Of a stretch of DNA of 64,000 nucleotides, positions 62,916 to 64,000 are shown piece by piece. The first letter of the stretch is position 1. Each line of letters starts with the position of its first letter. This DNA is from the human T2T-CHM13v2.0 reference genome, Homo sapiens. The position numbers and the translations under genes were made by a program. Under the pieces are notes generated by a model. It did no database searches, was not told the DNA's origin, and saw nothing but the letters and a program-made list of their open reading frames with translations. The stretch lies in the NCBI RefSeq assembly GCF_009914755.1, contig NC_060930.1, one strand, 5' to 3'.

Positions 62916-63228
62916 TGTGATGGTTAATACTGAGTGTCAGCTTGATTGGATTGAAGGATGCAATATTGATCCTGCGTGTATCTGTGAGGGTGTTGCCAAA
63001 GGGATTAACATTTGAATCAGTGGGCTGGGGAAGGCAGACCCACCCTTAATCAGTTGGGCACCATCTAATCAGCCATGAGCCAATATAAAGCAGGCAGAAA
63101 AATATGAAGTGATGAGACGGGCCTAGCCTCTCAGTCTACATTTTTCTCCCCTGCTGGATGCTTCCTGCCCTCAAACATCAGACTCCTGGTTCTTCAGTTT
63201 TGGGACTCAGACTGGCTCTCCTTGCAGT
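62916..63228 (+). mobile_element. MLT2A-type HERV-L 3' LTR, truncated
   Basis: tgtgatggttaatactgagtgtcagcttgattggattgaagg... Confidence 0.85.
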
Positions 63229-63259
63229 AAGCTGGAGACTCAGGAGAGTTGAGTTGGAA

Positions 63260-64000
63260 CTCTCAATTTCACTTCTAGGAACACTGATTAATTAGCCAAA
63301 GCCAGAGGTCTTCACGAGTCAGACTATTCTGATTGCTGCTTTGCCACTGCTGTCCATTACAGGAGCTATGCCCACCTTGCCTTTGATTGCTGAGTGCTGT
63401 CACTTGGCCCCTGTCACCTCGGGATCCAATTATTCCATTTATATTTAAATTTTGTAGTTGAGTGACTGTGGTTCCCACCATTAGATCTGACATACAGAGA
63501 AGAGCAATTACAGGGCTCTTCAAAAATGCAGGTGCTGCCCTCACAAATCTATTTCAGAAGGCATTGGTCAAGGGTATATCTTCTGGACCCTTCCAGCTGG
63601 GATGAGTAGGTCTAAGGTGACCACAATCCACTCCACCATCCCCATCTCCCTAAGTCTTTCCTCTACATTAAACCAAGGGAGATCAGGCATTTCCAGCTCA
63701 CTCACAGTGGGCCATCTTTTAATCCATATTTTAGCTAACCACGCAAATAAACTATTAGAACCTTTTTTAACTCCCTGAGCTGAGCTGCAACATTAAATGC
63801 AGAGTCCCTACTTAGTGGGCCCAGATCAATAAATTCAGCCTGATCTAACTCTATGTTCTTTCCACCACTATCCCATACCCTTAATATCCATTCCCATGCC
63901 TGTTCTCCAGATTACTGTTTATATAAATTAGGGAACTCAAACAGTTCTTTTCGAGTGTAGCACACCTCCTCATGGGTCACATTCTCAACCTCACCTCTAG
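63260..64000 (-). mobile_element. HERV-L gag remnant in the opposite orientation
   Basis: ORF 63275..63544 ...QLQNLNINGIIGSRGDRGQVTALSNQRQGG...DLWLWLI. Confidence 0.85.

Overview
Primate (human-like) genomic DNA, AT-rich and dense in repeats: many Alus, L1/L2/MIR, MaLR/ERVL/MER4-group LTRs and DNA-transposon fossils. I see no intact cellular protein-coding gene. Firm landmarks are (i) a 5.9-kb HERV-H provirus on the minus strand (47453-53334) with two LTR7 copies, a His-tRNA PBS, a PPT and a CTGGC target-site duplication, (ii) a full-length U2 snRNA retrocopy (7450-7635, minus), and (iii) MER4-group and HERV-L remnants at the right end. The main discovery comes from translating the non-repeat sequence by hand. 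About 40 minus-strand segments between ~58.5 kb and ~1.6 kb have exon-like AG/GT boundaries (some mutated) and repeatedly encode a decayed PAN/apple-type cysteine pattern (C-x3-C-x4/5-C-x2-hydrophobic...C-x-hydrophobic), plus a few WSC-like modules. This looks like the fossil of one very large multi-exon gene for an extracellular PAN/WSC-repeat protein, which I cannot name. The HERV-H sits inside one of these exons, in the same orientation. Domain calls are by eye only; no HMM or database search was run, and repeat subfamily names are from recalled consensus sequences.
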